A DNA stretch of 64,000 nt, taken from NCBI GenBank assembly GCA_022813865.1, contig JALDZX010000067.1:1-64000 (forward strand), given 5' to 3'. The notes below the pieces were generated by a model. The model ran no database searches. It had not been told where the DNA came from and was given only the letters and a program-made list of their open reading frames with translations. The position numbers were made by a program, and so were the translations under genes. The stretch's first letter is position 1, and each line of letters begins with the position of its first letter. The stretch comes from Xylographa opegraphella (taxonomy: Eukaryota). Below, one piece after another: positions 39,615 to 51,572 of the stretch.

Positions 39615-40668
39615 ATGGCGCAAGAAGCAAACCCGGATGCAACTCGCGTCGTTGACTCTCCCAAAGGTATGCGCTGAGCCAACCATACGGGCGCCGGGCT
39701 GATGTTGCCAGTATGGACGACCCTGATCACAAACACAAAATATCTCTCCGGTCTCCTTACGCTTGACTATTCTCTCAAGAAAGTTGGATCGAAGTATCCA
39801 CTGGTAGCGCTATATACCGACACCTTTCCCGAAGAGGGTCACAAGGCTCTGAATATTCGCAAGATACCAAAGAAACGTGTGAAGTACTTGCTACCTTCCG
39901 TTCATAAGGACTACAGCAATGATACGCGGTTCTATGATTGCTGGAGCAAGCTTACACCCTTCTCTCTAACCGAATACGAGAGAGTTGTGCAGCTTGACAG
40001 CGACATGATGGCCTTGAAGGATATGGATGAGCTCATGGAGCTTGAGCTGGATCCACCGAGTATGGAGGGAAATGGTAACAAGGTTTTTGCTGCCGGACAT
40101 GCTTGCGCTTGTAATCCATTGAAAAAACCTCACTATCCAAAGGACTGGTCAGTCTTCCGCTTCCGGCATAACCTTACAATTTGAACCAAATGTTAATAGA
40201 ACTGGCAGGATCCCAGAAAATTGTGCATTCACAACCCAGCATGATGAGCCCGACAGGGCACAGAAAGAAGGACCACCAGCAACAGCTGGCTTCGGCATGC
40301 CTAATGGTGGACTGCAGGTTGTCAATCCTTCTGCCGCTGTGTACAACATGATTCTCGATTCCATGTCCAACTCATCGTCAATCGAGAATTATGAATTTGC
40401 TGATCAGTCTTTGCTCTCTGACGTCTTCAAAGGTCGCTGGCTACCATTGCCATATACGTACAACGCACTTAAAACCCTTCGGTGGAAGGATGTTCATGCG
40501 CCAATCTGGCGAGATCATGAGGTAAAGAATGTACATCTGCTACTGAGCCCAAAGCCTTGGGACGAAGAGCCTGGAAACGAGAGTGACGAGACCCACAAGT
40601 GGTGGTGGGAGGTTAATAAGGAGCGGCTGACCCGGGAAAAGGAAACCGGCGTAGAGGACGGCTTCTAA
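39615..40668 (+). CDS. Glycosyltransferase family 8 protein
   Basis: MAQEANPDATRVVDSPK|VWTTLITN, WSKL, VQLDSD (DxD), NGGL, ADQSLL, YNALK and H....KPW motifs; two introns. Confidence 0.93.
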
Positions 40669-41110
40669 TTTGCTGATAGGGTTGAGGTCTTCAAGCAACT
40701 GTTTTTGAGAGTCATTACATTTGTCCGTCAACGAAGTCTGCTAAAAACCAGCTGAATTGGGCATCACCATCCAAAATGTTATTCATCGTGTCTGGTGCTT
40801 CTGTGCATGACTTCCTTCACATGCGGAACCAAAACGGAAGTTGCTAATTAGAGTAGACTTTATAACAAGCTTTTGGGGACTTTGACTTTGAGTATATATG
40901 AGCCACTCCCATCCACTCCACATTACGTCTAGATCTTCTCCAAGTTCTGGATTCGTCACCTCTCAGGCACTGCGGGTCGTTCCGATGTGATATTGGTATC
41001 ATTAGCCACCCATCCTTCACCCTCTGTGACTTATCAACGTACATCGAACTCGGTTCTAGTTTTGCGTATTCTGATCTCATTAGAAGGATCTGGACAAGGC
41101 TCATTACAAC

Positions 41111-42329
41111 ATGTCATTCAGATCAGTTGAGAACAATTTCAGTCCACCACCAACCACAATGATCGCAGAAAACTCGCCATCTACATCATGTAGATCTTCA
41201 AAAAATTCTCTATTAGACTTTGGTCAATCCGACCAGACAAGCACTTCAGATGAGAAGATTGTGACAGCTGTCACAACTGCTCCAAAGCCATCCACTGTGT
41301 CAAGACGTATCCATCGCTTGTTAGTAAATTTATCCAGAGTATGAATGCCTTCTAATGTGGACCAGAAAAGACTTTTGTCGCAAGGTTGTGGCTTCTAAAA
41401 AGAGTCAGCAGAAACGGACTGGTGTCAAAAAATCCGTATGCGAGTCTTTCAAGAAAGTGGTGGGACGACAGCTGGACAAAACCTTTGGTCGAGAGGAAGA
41501 ACAAGTCGATGGTGTTGCAAGCCATTCAGTTAGTCCACAAGACTCTCCTACAGAGACCGAGACATTTAAGATCCACTGTATCAACAGGACCCGCAAGAGG
41601 CGTCAAACAGACAGCTGTAAAGTGGATCCGAACCGGAGGAGGAGTTCAGATACCTGGGGGGGATATCTTCACCCTTTCGATCAAGCGTTTCAAAATTGCC
41701 AGAAGACATTTGTTGTCGCACAGAAGCTCCAGCAGCTTCTCACTAATCTACTTGAGCTGGAATGCAAACCGTTAGCTTCCGGGTGCCATACGAATGATAC
41801 AAACTCACGGTCCACCATTGCATCTGATATCCCTGAATGCGAATTGATGCGGAACTTTGGTAGGGACAAAGGACTGCAACATATTCGCCAGATGAAAAGA
41901 ATGGCCATGTGGAAATGCAATGAGATTAAAGACGAGCTAAGAGGTTTGCAGATCAGCTTCGTCTGCGACAAGGGAGTCGATGGCGCAAGACTGTTCATAG
42001 AGCGATGCGGTCGTGATCCGATTCCAGGATTTGAAAACGTCGACATGAGACATCCGAAACCAGTCAAGATGGATATCGAGCAATTCCTCGAGGGTGCTAT
42101 CACCAAAGACTCTGTGGGTTGCGCGATGGATTATTGGCCGACATTGGAGCGCGAATTCCGACAAATGCAGACAGCGTATGAAAGCGAAAGCGGCACCGTG
42201 GCAGATTATGGCCTCGACAAAGGAGTTGTAGTCGACATGATCGACAGCCACCACAGATCGTCTGTTATCAGCGCGAAGACAGCGCGGCTATGTACAAACA
42301 ATATTGAGACTGAGAGCAGCGCTCAATGA
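41111..42329 (+). CDS. Hypothetical protein (324-aa ORF plus a possible upstream exon)
   Basis: Long open frame 41355-42329 and adjacent 41111-41344; no family recognised; splice junction unresolved. Confidence 0.4.
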
Positions 42330-43242
42330 GTTACTCGAGGAAGCTAGCGACGAATATTCACGTCGCAAGAGGCGTCCGAGACAGCCATTTGTACCTGGTC
42401 ACAACAGGTTCCATAGTACACATCTCTTGGCGGTGTTCGCGACACTGCAGTGAATTCTGTGTCATCTTTCAGTAGCGAAGAACGAAGCTAAGCGGCTAGC
42501 CATACCAAACTGCAGCAGAACTGAAAGATCTGATCGAAAGCCATGCAGCCGCCGTAAAAGACGGTTTATACAGAACTGGGCTTCATTAAGGGACAATGCT
42601 TTCGGTGGACTGCTAATTCTCTCGCTTGAAAAGGTTGTCGTGAGGCTAGTACGAAACCCCCTTTTAGAGGATGAAGTCACACTTCAAGACCCCATATTGA
42701 AGAACATCCCATACTATTTGCGGCCAAGACGGAATTGCGTATAGTAATTTAAAATGCTAACATAAATGCTTTTCAGACATGACAACGTATGATTTGTTCA
42801 GAAATTTTTGTCTTGCTTGTAAATCAAAACCTGCAGACTCGATATGTCAAACGGACCTGAACTCCGATACAGGAGCTTATTATATAGCCTGAACAAACAT
42901 CACGGCAATAATTCCTAAATTTTGTCCCCTTAGAACTACCCCACACAAGTATTGAAGAACTAGTTCCTGGAAAATTAATTTAGCCTCAATTGGACGGAAA
43001 ATGATTAGTTATGGACACTGATTCAATTGTATTCCTGGCCACCATAAGGTAGGGTTGAATCCTGTAGACCTATATACTATCGTGGGTCTTGTTGCTCGTA
43101 TCATATTGCCACCTTCGCACAATTCTTGATATTCCAAGTTTCGAGCATTGTGATTATCTTTTCTTCTCTGTTTCAGCTTAAGTTTTAGAAGACTAGAGTA
43201 TTCGAAACTATTCGAAATCAAGAGCAGTCAGTGCCACCAAAA

Positions 43243-45060
43243 ATGGGAGAAGCGCGACAGACGCAAGACGTTGACTTTGTCACGTTCAAGCACCCGGCAA
43301 TCGGAGATATCACCGGCCGCGTTAGTAAGAAGGTTGCAGACGACAGTCCAAAGGCACCTGCTGTGGCACATTTTCGCAGTATACCATACGCATCTGTTCC
43401 GGGTAGATTCAAGCAGAGCATCCTGCTTGACGGTGGCCTGCATGATCGCTATGATGAGAGGCCCAAAGGAGACTTCAGAGAGTATGGATATGCTTGCCCG
43501 CAGATCCCCCAGCCGTATGATGCCGTTGGAGGGAAGCTTCCGGGGGAAGGTGACAGAAGGTACGATGAGTTCAAATGCTTGAATCTTACCGTGTCTGCGC
43601 CCTATTCCAGTCTTCGCAAAAAACCCGTTACAGGGGTTGAGCCATCAACTGAAAAGAAACTACTGCCAGTCATGGTCTATATCCACGGAGGGGCTTTCTC
43701 CGAGGGGGCTGGTCACGTCAGTGCCATGCACGAAACCATCAAGATGGTAGAACTCGCCACCAAAGAGAACATGGGGGTGGTAATGGTGAGTGTCGGCTAC
43801 CGGCTGAACTGGCATGGTTTCCTTACCTGTCGAGATCTTGTCGAGGAAAATCAGAATTCTAGCGAACCGGCTCTAAACTACGGCCTTCACGATCAGCGCA
43901 ACGCTTTCAAGTGGATCAAAAAGTATATCAGTGGTTTCGGAGGCGATCCGAACAATGTTACAGCGTTCGGCGAGTCTGCTGGTTCTATCTCGCTAGCGTA
44001 CCATATGTGCTCGAACATTCCCTTATTCGAACGTGTCATTTTACAAAGTGGAAACAATGGGACCGTGGAACAGTGGACAATGGACCAGCATGAGGATGTC
44101 TACCAAAACTTGCTCAGCTATCTAGGTATCCATGCGGAAACCGGCGCTGAGAGGCTACGATCACTTCGAGATGTGCCAGCAGCCAGACTTGTTGATGCCA
44201 TCAGAGAGCTCAAGGCATCTCCTTTCCATCCATACATGGGTAAAGAAGGCGCTTTCTGTCCTACGCAGCCGAACTACGGGAACCAGCATGAAATCATGCC
44301 TCAGTGTGACTGGGTTGGAGATGTCATGCTGGGTGACTGTACCTTTGAGGGTTTCATTTTTTCCGGAGGCATGCAACTAGTAGATCCTCCACTGTTTGCT
44401 GCGGCTGTAAAAGGGGCCCTCGGATCTGAGGGTGGTAGTAAAGTGCTGAAGGCGTACGGTATTGACATCGAAGGAAAGATGGATGGAAATCTGTTTTTCA
44501 CCAGAAGCATGGAGTTCATGGGAGACTTGCTATTCTCCGAACCGACGCACTCGCTCGCGAATGCGCTTTCTGGTGATGTTGACGGTAAGAAGCGGAAGGT
44601 CTACCGGTACACCTTCGGTCTTCCCAATCCGTTCCCTGGCTCTATGTACTCATATGTTGTGGGCCACCATTTTATTGACGTGCTCTATCTGTTCATGACC
44701 CTCGACTTGCGCTATCCAACACACCGCGATAATTTCTACTCAAAGCAAGCAACAGACATGGCGAGGAAATGGATCCGATTCGGGAATGGACTCCCACCGT
44801 GGTCAGAAGAATACGATGCCAGGGAAGGACACATTGCTGTATGCGATGACCTTAGGGGTTGGCAGGTGCGGTCTAGGAAGGAAGACGAGGAAATCACTAA
44901 ATCCGATCCATGGGGACCAAGGAGATATAAAGGTTGGGAGGTGATGAGAGAAGCGTTCAGTCGAGTAAGCAAACACAACGGGCAGGGCGCGGAGGTGGAG
45001 AAGATCGAAGCTGCACGGAGAAAGCTGAGAGATGTGAGCTCGTACCGCAGAAGAAATTAG
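43243..45060 (+). CDS. Type B carboxylesterase / lipase (intracellular)
   Basis: SIPYA, CLNLTV, VYIHGGAF, YRLN, NYGLHDQ, FGGDPNNVTAFGESAG, FEG and HHFID motifs; no signal peptide. Confidence 0.94.
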   Translation: MGEARQTQDVDFVTFKHPAIGDITGRVSKKVADDSPKAPAVAHFRSIPYASVPGRFKQSILLDGGLHDRYDERPKGDFREYGYACPQIPQPYDAVGGKLPGEGDRRYDEFKCLNLTVSAPYSSLRKKPVTGVEPSTEKKLLPVMVYIHGGAFSEGAGHVSAMHETIKMVELATKENMGVVMVSVGYRLNWHGFLTCRDLVEENQNSSEPALNYGLHDQRNAFKWIKKYISGFGGDPNNVTAFGESAGSISLAYHMCSNIPLFERVILQSGNNGTVEQWTMDQHEDVYQNLLSYLGIHAETGAERLRSLRDVPAARLVDAIRELKASPFHPYMGKEGAFCPTQPNYGNQHEIMPQCDWVGDVMLGDCTFEGFIFSGGMQLVDPPLFAAAVKGALGSEGGSKVLKAYGIDIEGKMDGNLFFTRSMEFMGDLLFSEPTHSLANALSGDVDGKKRKVYRYTFGLPNPFPGSMYSYVVGHHFIDVLYLFMTLDLRYPTHRDNFYSKQATDMARKWIRFGNGLPPWSEEYDAREGHIAVCDDLRGWQVRSRKEDEEITKSDPWGPRRYKGWEVMREAFSRVSKHNGQGAEVEKIEAARRKLRDVSSYRRRN

Positions 45061-45614
45061 GACAAAGGGACAAGAGTATTTGAAGGATTTTTTCATGTAC
45101 GAATAAATCCGTCAGTCATCTGAGCGGTCTTCGCATTGCTTTGATCGTATAGTGCATTGGATCTCCCGGAGCTCAAGTCAGTCAAGTCGAACGACACAGT
45201 ACTCTAAGCGGAGACTTGACACTATGCAATAACAATACTCTCATGATGCTGTGAAATGTCGAAAGCGATCTCTACGAAGGTTGACAAATATTGTCGATTG
45301 GAAAGGATGTTTCACATGCCCGAGAGTGGCTAGTGGCCCCCTAAAGCATAGATCATCTGGGGACGTAGTTCTCGTCTACAGCTCCCTGAGTCCTGGCGGA
45401 GTTTTGGATACGAACACCGAAGACGTCGGCTCCAAACTAATGGCTTTCTCAAGGCGATTCTGGACGCTATGATGCGCGCTTTCTATTACTCTTTCTCGGT
45501 GTCAATCCTGCCAAGGCGATAGGAAAAGCCAGTGCGTCCGGGGCAGCCGTGATTTCACGTCTCTTCTCGTGTAGGACCAAAGTGGCCTATTCACGTCAAC
45601 TCCAACCTTTCCTC

Positions 45615-46794
45615 ATGGCCATCTCACGATCCCTACGGCGCACGAATCCTATCACGCTGGTTCTTGCTACCTTATTAGTGATTGGTTTCTTCTTTTTCGT
45701 GTTCTCTCCTTCGTCGAACGCAGCCCCCACCACTCTTCCGAAGGCGAAACATAACTCGCCAGCTTCCAACCCGCTGTCGCCTCCCACAGCACCGTTCAGG
45801 AAAGAGATACTTCAGTCGAATGGTAGACGAGTTCCACCTCCGGTGGTTCATTACAAGCTAAATAACCTGACCACCTCGACGGACCCTGTTGCCAACCAAG
45901 AAACTGTCCTGATCCTCACACCTCTTGCTCGTTTTTACCAAGAATACTGGGACAATCTACTCGCTCTTTCATATCCACATCATCTTATCGCCCTTGGATT
46001 TATAACGCCCAAGAATAAGGAGGGCAATGCCGCGACAGCCGCACTTCAAGAAGCCATCACGAAGACTCAATCAGGACCCGAAGCAAAACGATTCGCCAGC
46101 ATAACAGTTCTTCGGCAAGACTTCGATCCCCCTCTACAATCACAAGAAGAAACCGAGCGTCACAAGATGGAAAATCAGAAAGCTCGTCGGGCTTCTATGT
46201 CACGGGCTCGGAATTCCCTGCTATTCACAACCCTAGGCCCATCGACAGCGTGGGTATTATGGCTGGACTCGGACATAACCGAGACTCCGCATACGCTTAT
46301 ACAAGATCTGGCAGCACATGACAAGCCGATCATAGTCCCGAATTGCTTCCAACGTTACAACGTAGTCGATGGGGGGAGTGCTATCCGGCCTTACGACTAC
46401 AACTCCTGGCAAGATAGCCAAGTGGCACTGGATATAGCGAACAGTATGGGCCCTGATGATATACTTCTGGAAGGATATGAGAACATGGCAACATATCGGA
46501 CGTTGATGGCGATGCTTGCCGACAACTCTCCTTTACGAGACCAGAGTAGGATTATACCATTGGATGGAGTTGGTGGAACTGCTCTGATGGTCAAGGCCGA
46601 GGTTCACCGGGATGGGGCTATGTTCCCCCCGTTTGCATTCTATCATTTGATTGAGACGGAAGGTTTTGCTAAAATGGCAAGGAGGTTGGGGTGGGGTTGT
46701 TGGGGTTTGCCCAACTATTTCGTGAGTATATTGTCTCATGACATGATACAATGAAGCTGACGCAGGATGCCAGGTGTACCATTATAACGAATAG
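45615..46794 (+). CDS. MNN9: Mannan polymerase subunit Mnn9 (Anp1/GT62 family)
   Basis: Type II TM anchor; VLILTPL, ARNSLLFTTLGP, WVLWLDSD, YDYNSW, LDGVGG and IETEGFAKMA motifs; last exon VYHYNE after intron 46722-46773. Confidence 0.93.
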
Positions 46795-47916
46795 AAATGT
46801 ACTTCTATGGCGGAACAGTTCTCTAAAATCGGTGATCTGACAGATTTTGGCAACCGATCTATGGTGGTGGACTTTAGCGCATATGCATTTGGGCGGCGTT
46901 GAGAAAATATGGTATACATGGTTAAGGTTACAATTGTCCATGTGCAGTCGAGGATTATTGACCAACCTTTAAAAGGCCGCAGATTGGCCAGTCGTGGCTA
47001 CTCCCGCACGCCTGGATGTCGCAGTAAAATTTGGGAAGGGGATCAATGTTCTGGAGTCAGACGTGTCCCTGAAAATACCATCTATATTGCTATAGTATAC
47101 ATCTCCCAGAACCTCAACATATTGGCTCTGAGCTTGATCATTCCCCTTGCGGTTCAGGTTGGTCTAACTTCCATAATTGGAAACATACTCATTGTATCGG
47201 TGGTTTGCTGCTCATGTTGAAAGGTGCGAAGTACGTCTCTTATTATCTCTCTGATAGATACCGCTACGCGGAACACACTCTACTTCCCTATCCATCGAAG
47301 CGGTCACGAATCTACCGCCGACACCACCTACCTCATTCTTGACCTCAACTTGAACAACTGTCACTTCGGTTTTGCGGGCCCCCCTCGAAGTGACTACTAT
47401 CAAAGAAGGGCAAGCTGCTTGAGCAGCACCAAGTCCTCTCGCTACATTGACTCAGATACTCATGTACATACGTCCTGGAAAACCACAGCTCGAGCTTTTA
47501 GATGCTATTCTTAGCTCAGTGGAGCTTCCCTAAGCTGTCGAAGGCACATGTCAAATGAGCTGTCAGTATAATTTAGTCATTTTACATGATGGGATATGGA
47601 GTGGTGTTGCAGTATTTCGCAAAAGCTCCGGGCAAGGCACAATCTGTTGGTTTCTCCTAGACGTCCGGTTCCAAGTAGATGAATAATGCTGGCGTTACGT
47701 ATGGACCGCTACGCCTGCTGGTGAGGTCGTGATGAGAGGTATAGATGTCTGACGAATAATGCACAAAGATATAGAATTACAGTCAATGCTTGCCACGATC
47801 TGGCCCTCGATCCCATATGTGGAGCTCAGCGGCCCAAGGCCCCTAGCCGACAGTCAGCCCTGGCGGCTACTTCACTGTTAGCGCATGCTCAAATTCTCCA
47901 TCGACGAATTCTAGTT

Positions 47917-48273
47917 TGTTGAAGATATTATATATCATGATACGCTGTGCCCAAATAATCCTTTTAACAGGTTATGGACCCGGCTTAGCGCACTCGTTCA
48001 CACTTTCGATTTTAAACCCGAATTTGCTAAATATAAGCGAGTATCGTAGGAACGGTCGCAACAAATCGAGTTCGCTCGTTGATAATCACTATTGCGGGGG
48101 TATTTTTCTCCCTGCCTCGGGGTCTCGGCTATTTCCGCAGACCCCCCGACTAGGGCCCTCGCAATAGCAACAGACAGCCATGCATAGAAAATACATGATC
48201 TATAATCTGGGCGAGTGTTGAAGATGTTATATAATATATCATGATACGCTGTGCCCAAATAATCCTTTTAACA
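47917..48273 (+). mobile_element. Miniature non-autonomous Ty1/copia-type LTR retrotransposon (TRIM/SMART-like), 357 bp
   Basis: Direct repeats 47917-47969 and 48216-48273, both TGTTGAAG...CTTTTAACA; 5-bp TSD TAGTT (47912-47916, 48274-48278); PBS-like GGTTATGGACCC right after the 5' LTR; purine tract GGGCGAG right before the 3' LTR. Confidence 0.88.
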
Positions 48274-48281
48274 TAGTTACT

Positions 48282-49651
48282 ATGACCCACCTACAACTTG
48301 TACATGTACAAGTTTATGTAGCCACTCGTGGCACCTTGATCACCAATTTGAAGTTTTTTATCAACGTCGAGGTGAATTTTTTCTTAAGAATCCAGTTCTC
48401 TTTTGTAGCCAAATCTTTTGCCTGGGTTGTGAATATTGATTTTACCGTTACACTTCAAGAAGCTGAACTTGCACGATATATTTATTTTAATACATTCATT
48501 TATATTCCTTGAAATGCGACAAAACAGCACTTGGATCTCGAACAAAGCTCGATAAATGGCATTATTCAGTATCATTTCGCATTGCGCGACGATTCGCCCG
48601 CAAATGATTTCAGTGAGATGCAAAACAGAAAAGGCTGCCGATTTTTGTTTATTTCTACTTCTTTTGATCTATCAACGAAAGCAATGATTGTTAATAACAT
48701 TGTCGTAACTAATGCGCCGGTTTTTCTACATTATTACCTCGAATATTTTTCAATTGACGTCGCAGGCTTTTTCCACCGGCTGCGCTTCATGGTCTCAATA
48801 GGGAAATTGTCACACCCCTTTTAAATGACGATCTGCGAGATCGAAACAAAAACAACTGAATATTACATTGAAATCCCCCGCCGGTCAATGCGCTACCTGG
48901 TCCCGTTGTTTATGTCAAATTGACGAAATGTCAGAACGTAATATTCACAGGCTTCACCGATATCGAGTACTTCATGTTTTACCCTTCGATACAAAATATG
49001 CATGGGACGATTCTGTCATCAGTACATGACTGGACCAAAGTCTCGCTTCGGTTTAATAACGATACTGCAAAGCTTGACTCTGTTCTATTCAACGGCAATA
49101 AAAGAATTGGCAACATTGACACCTCGTTCTCGAACCTTTTCGATTCATAGAACAATTCGTTGATGTTTAAGTTAACTGTTGAAGCAAGGCGATCCTAGGT
49201 GGCTGAGCCCCAGCCCCCCCCCCCCCCCTCCAGGGAGGGGGGCCACCTATATTATAGTGGACCACCCCCATAGACTTCATAGATCAATGAACTCACGTTA
49301 TACACTTCAACACTAACACCATCTGGCAGTAATCGATTGCACGTTTTTGTTTCACTGGACCCATTTAATCCGCTCTGCTCAGCCTGCCCGGTAGCCGAAG
49401 CACCCGATTTACCAAAATTCACCGACTGGACAACGGCGAATGGTAAAGTAGAAGCTCTGGATGCAAGTATTTACTGTCAGATACTAATAGCAAGCATGAT
49501 TAACGCCGATAATATGCGAGGCTCTTCGGTACCACCAGCGTCGACCAAATTTTCTGGTAAATGAGCGTTTTTAGCAACGAACTTTTATGGTCCAGTGTTC
49601 GCCTCACCGTTGAAATAAACTCCTCAAATGCACGACGCAGCTCTTGATGCC
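48282..49651 (+). pseudogene. Degraded (RIP-like) 5' exons of an unknown multi-exon gene, probably contiguous with the 49757-51124 ORF
   Basis: ORFs 48282-48512 and 48531-48824 are in frame across a TGA; further stops at 48857, 48869 and 49148; AT-rich; intron-like signals such as CTAAC...CAG ending at 49329. Confidence 0.55.
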
Positions 49652-51124
49652 GTACGTAATAGTGTAACGATGGTCGTGGCTGCCGTGGAAACCCAAATAC
49701 AGATGCAAAGCCGCGCAAGTAAAGCCGCCGAAAAGGTTGTAAAGGCTTAAGCACAGGTGCAATCTGCATTAACAACGAATTCGCTTGAACAACCAGCGGC
49801 TTTAGCCGGAGCACTTGCGAAGTTTCAAATAACAGAGACACAATTGAAGTCGATCAAGCAACAAGAGGCCATACTCGTAAAGGCAGTAAAATCAGCAAAA
49901 GCAAGAGCAACAACAGCAATAACCTTAAACCGGGCACGCTGGACGATTTCAGCCGACAGTTTCCAGTCTGGATATGAACCAGTCAACATCCTTGATGGCG
50001 ATCCTCAAAAAATGTGGCATACACAATGGGATCCATCGAATACACCACTGGCACACATTGTTACCATTGATATGCAAAAGCCATACCTGGTAAAAGGCTT
50101 GATTTATCTGCCACGCCAAGATGGGCATTCCAACGGCTATTTCGGACAGTTCTCGGTTGAAGCAAATACTGATGGCAAAATCTGGCCTGCGCCTGTGGCC
50201 AGCGGTACATGGCCAAGCGATGCCACCCTCGAAGCAGCCTCTCAAGCACGTGCTTCAGCCCAGGCTGCCGCTCAGGCTCAAGCCGCGAAAAAAGCCCTCG
50301 AAAAACAAGCTGCAGCGCGAGGTGTTGCAGCACAAGAAGCATCATCGAGAGCCCGCGCTAGCCAAGCCGAAGCAATCGCCCAGGCCATGGTGCGAGCCCA
50401 TGCCGTACAAGAAGCAGCAGCGAGTCCATTTATCGGCTTCATTGACGCAGCAACGTACGGCCCTAGAGACGTCACGCCACGTGTGAAAGAGCTTCACATG
50501 CAATGGATCAGCGAAACGGCGAACCTTGGCAAGCCCGTCTCCTTTACCATCGGCAACGACACGCTAAAAGGCGATCCTACCCCGGGCATGGCCAAATCCT
50601 GTGCTGTGCTCTACCGCCGTTGCCACAAGAACGACCCCGTCAACACATGCAAAGCACTCACCCTCTTTGCAGCAGAGAATCAGCCTATCACCTACGATCC
50701 AAACGCATTCGACGACAGCGCAGCTGATCATGAAGCTGACTTCCGCACCGCTGCCCTTCTCCGTGGCGGGCACGTCGTCGGCGCCGTCGAGATGGCCACG
50801 TACGACCCCAAAGACGTCACGGCAATCGTGCAAGATCTGTTCGCGTACGGTGTGGCGTCGCCCGAGCTAGCAGCCGCGGCGTCTCGGCAAGCCGATGCCG
50901 CCGCACACATGCGGAGCATGCTTGCGCGGGGCCTGGCCGTCAGGGAGACGGGAGCGCCGTTTGCGTTCACGGTCGCGAATGATGTATTTATGGGGGATCC
51001 GGCGCCTGGGAGCCCCAAGTCGTGCGAGGTGCTGTTCCGGAAATACGAGGCTGGGAGTCCCGTGGCGACGAGTGCGTACGTGGTGCTGAAAGCGCCGGAG
51101 GGAGCGAGGATTGTGTTTGCGTAG
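49628..51124 (+). CDS. F5/8-type C (CBM32, C-terminally truncated) + Ala/Gln-rich helix + 2 SUEL/DUF3395-like lectin repeats
   Basis: RARWTISADS..NILDGD...WHT..TIDM...YLPRQDG resembles the galactose-oxidase CBM32; repeats ATYGPRDVT...NDTLKGDPTPGMAKSCAVLY and ATYDPKDVT...NDVFMGDPAPGSPKSCEVLF; possible ATG at 49628 with intron 49652-49756. Confidence 0.65.
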
Positions 51125-51572
51125 GGAGGTTTCTGGGGCGAGGCGGATGGAGGGAGCAGGGAGGACAGTGGCGAAGGGATAACTGGGTGGATAGCTTGCA
51201 GGCGTTGGTATCTACTGTCTCTCAGATCACGGCGAGAGCAATCGGATTCGATCTTTCGTTCTTCGTCGAATTCTTCATGGGATGGTACAGCGATGATTTC
51301 TCCTTTTCAGCTCTGCTACTGTCAAATAAGCGTCCTTCGAGATAATGAACGCAGCTTAAACCGTTTACACGTGGACGTCAATATATATATAGGAATTTCG
51401 TGACTAAATCTCATTTTATCAAAAATAACGAACGCCGCACCTTGTATTCCTCTTACCAAAGTGGCGTGGGTATCTTGTCCAGCGCAATATGACCAACGGA
51501 TTGCATTTCATAGCAACTCGAACAGATCGTACGAGTAGCTTCCGTCTCCAGTTTTCCACACAGACCCAAGCT

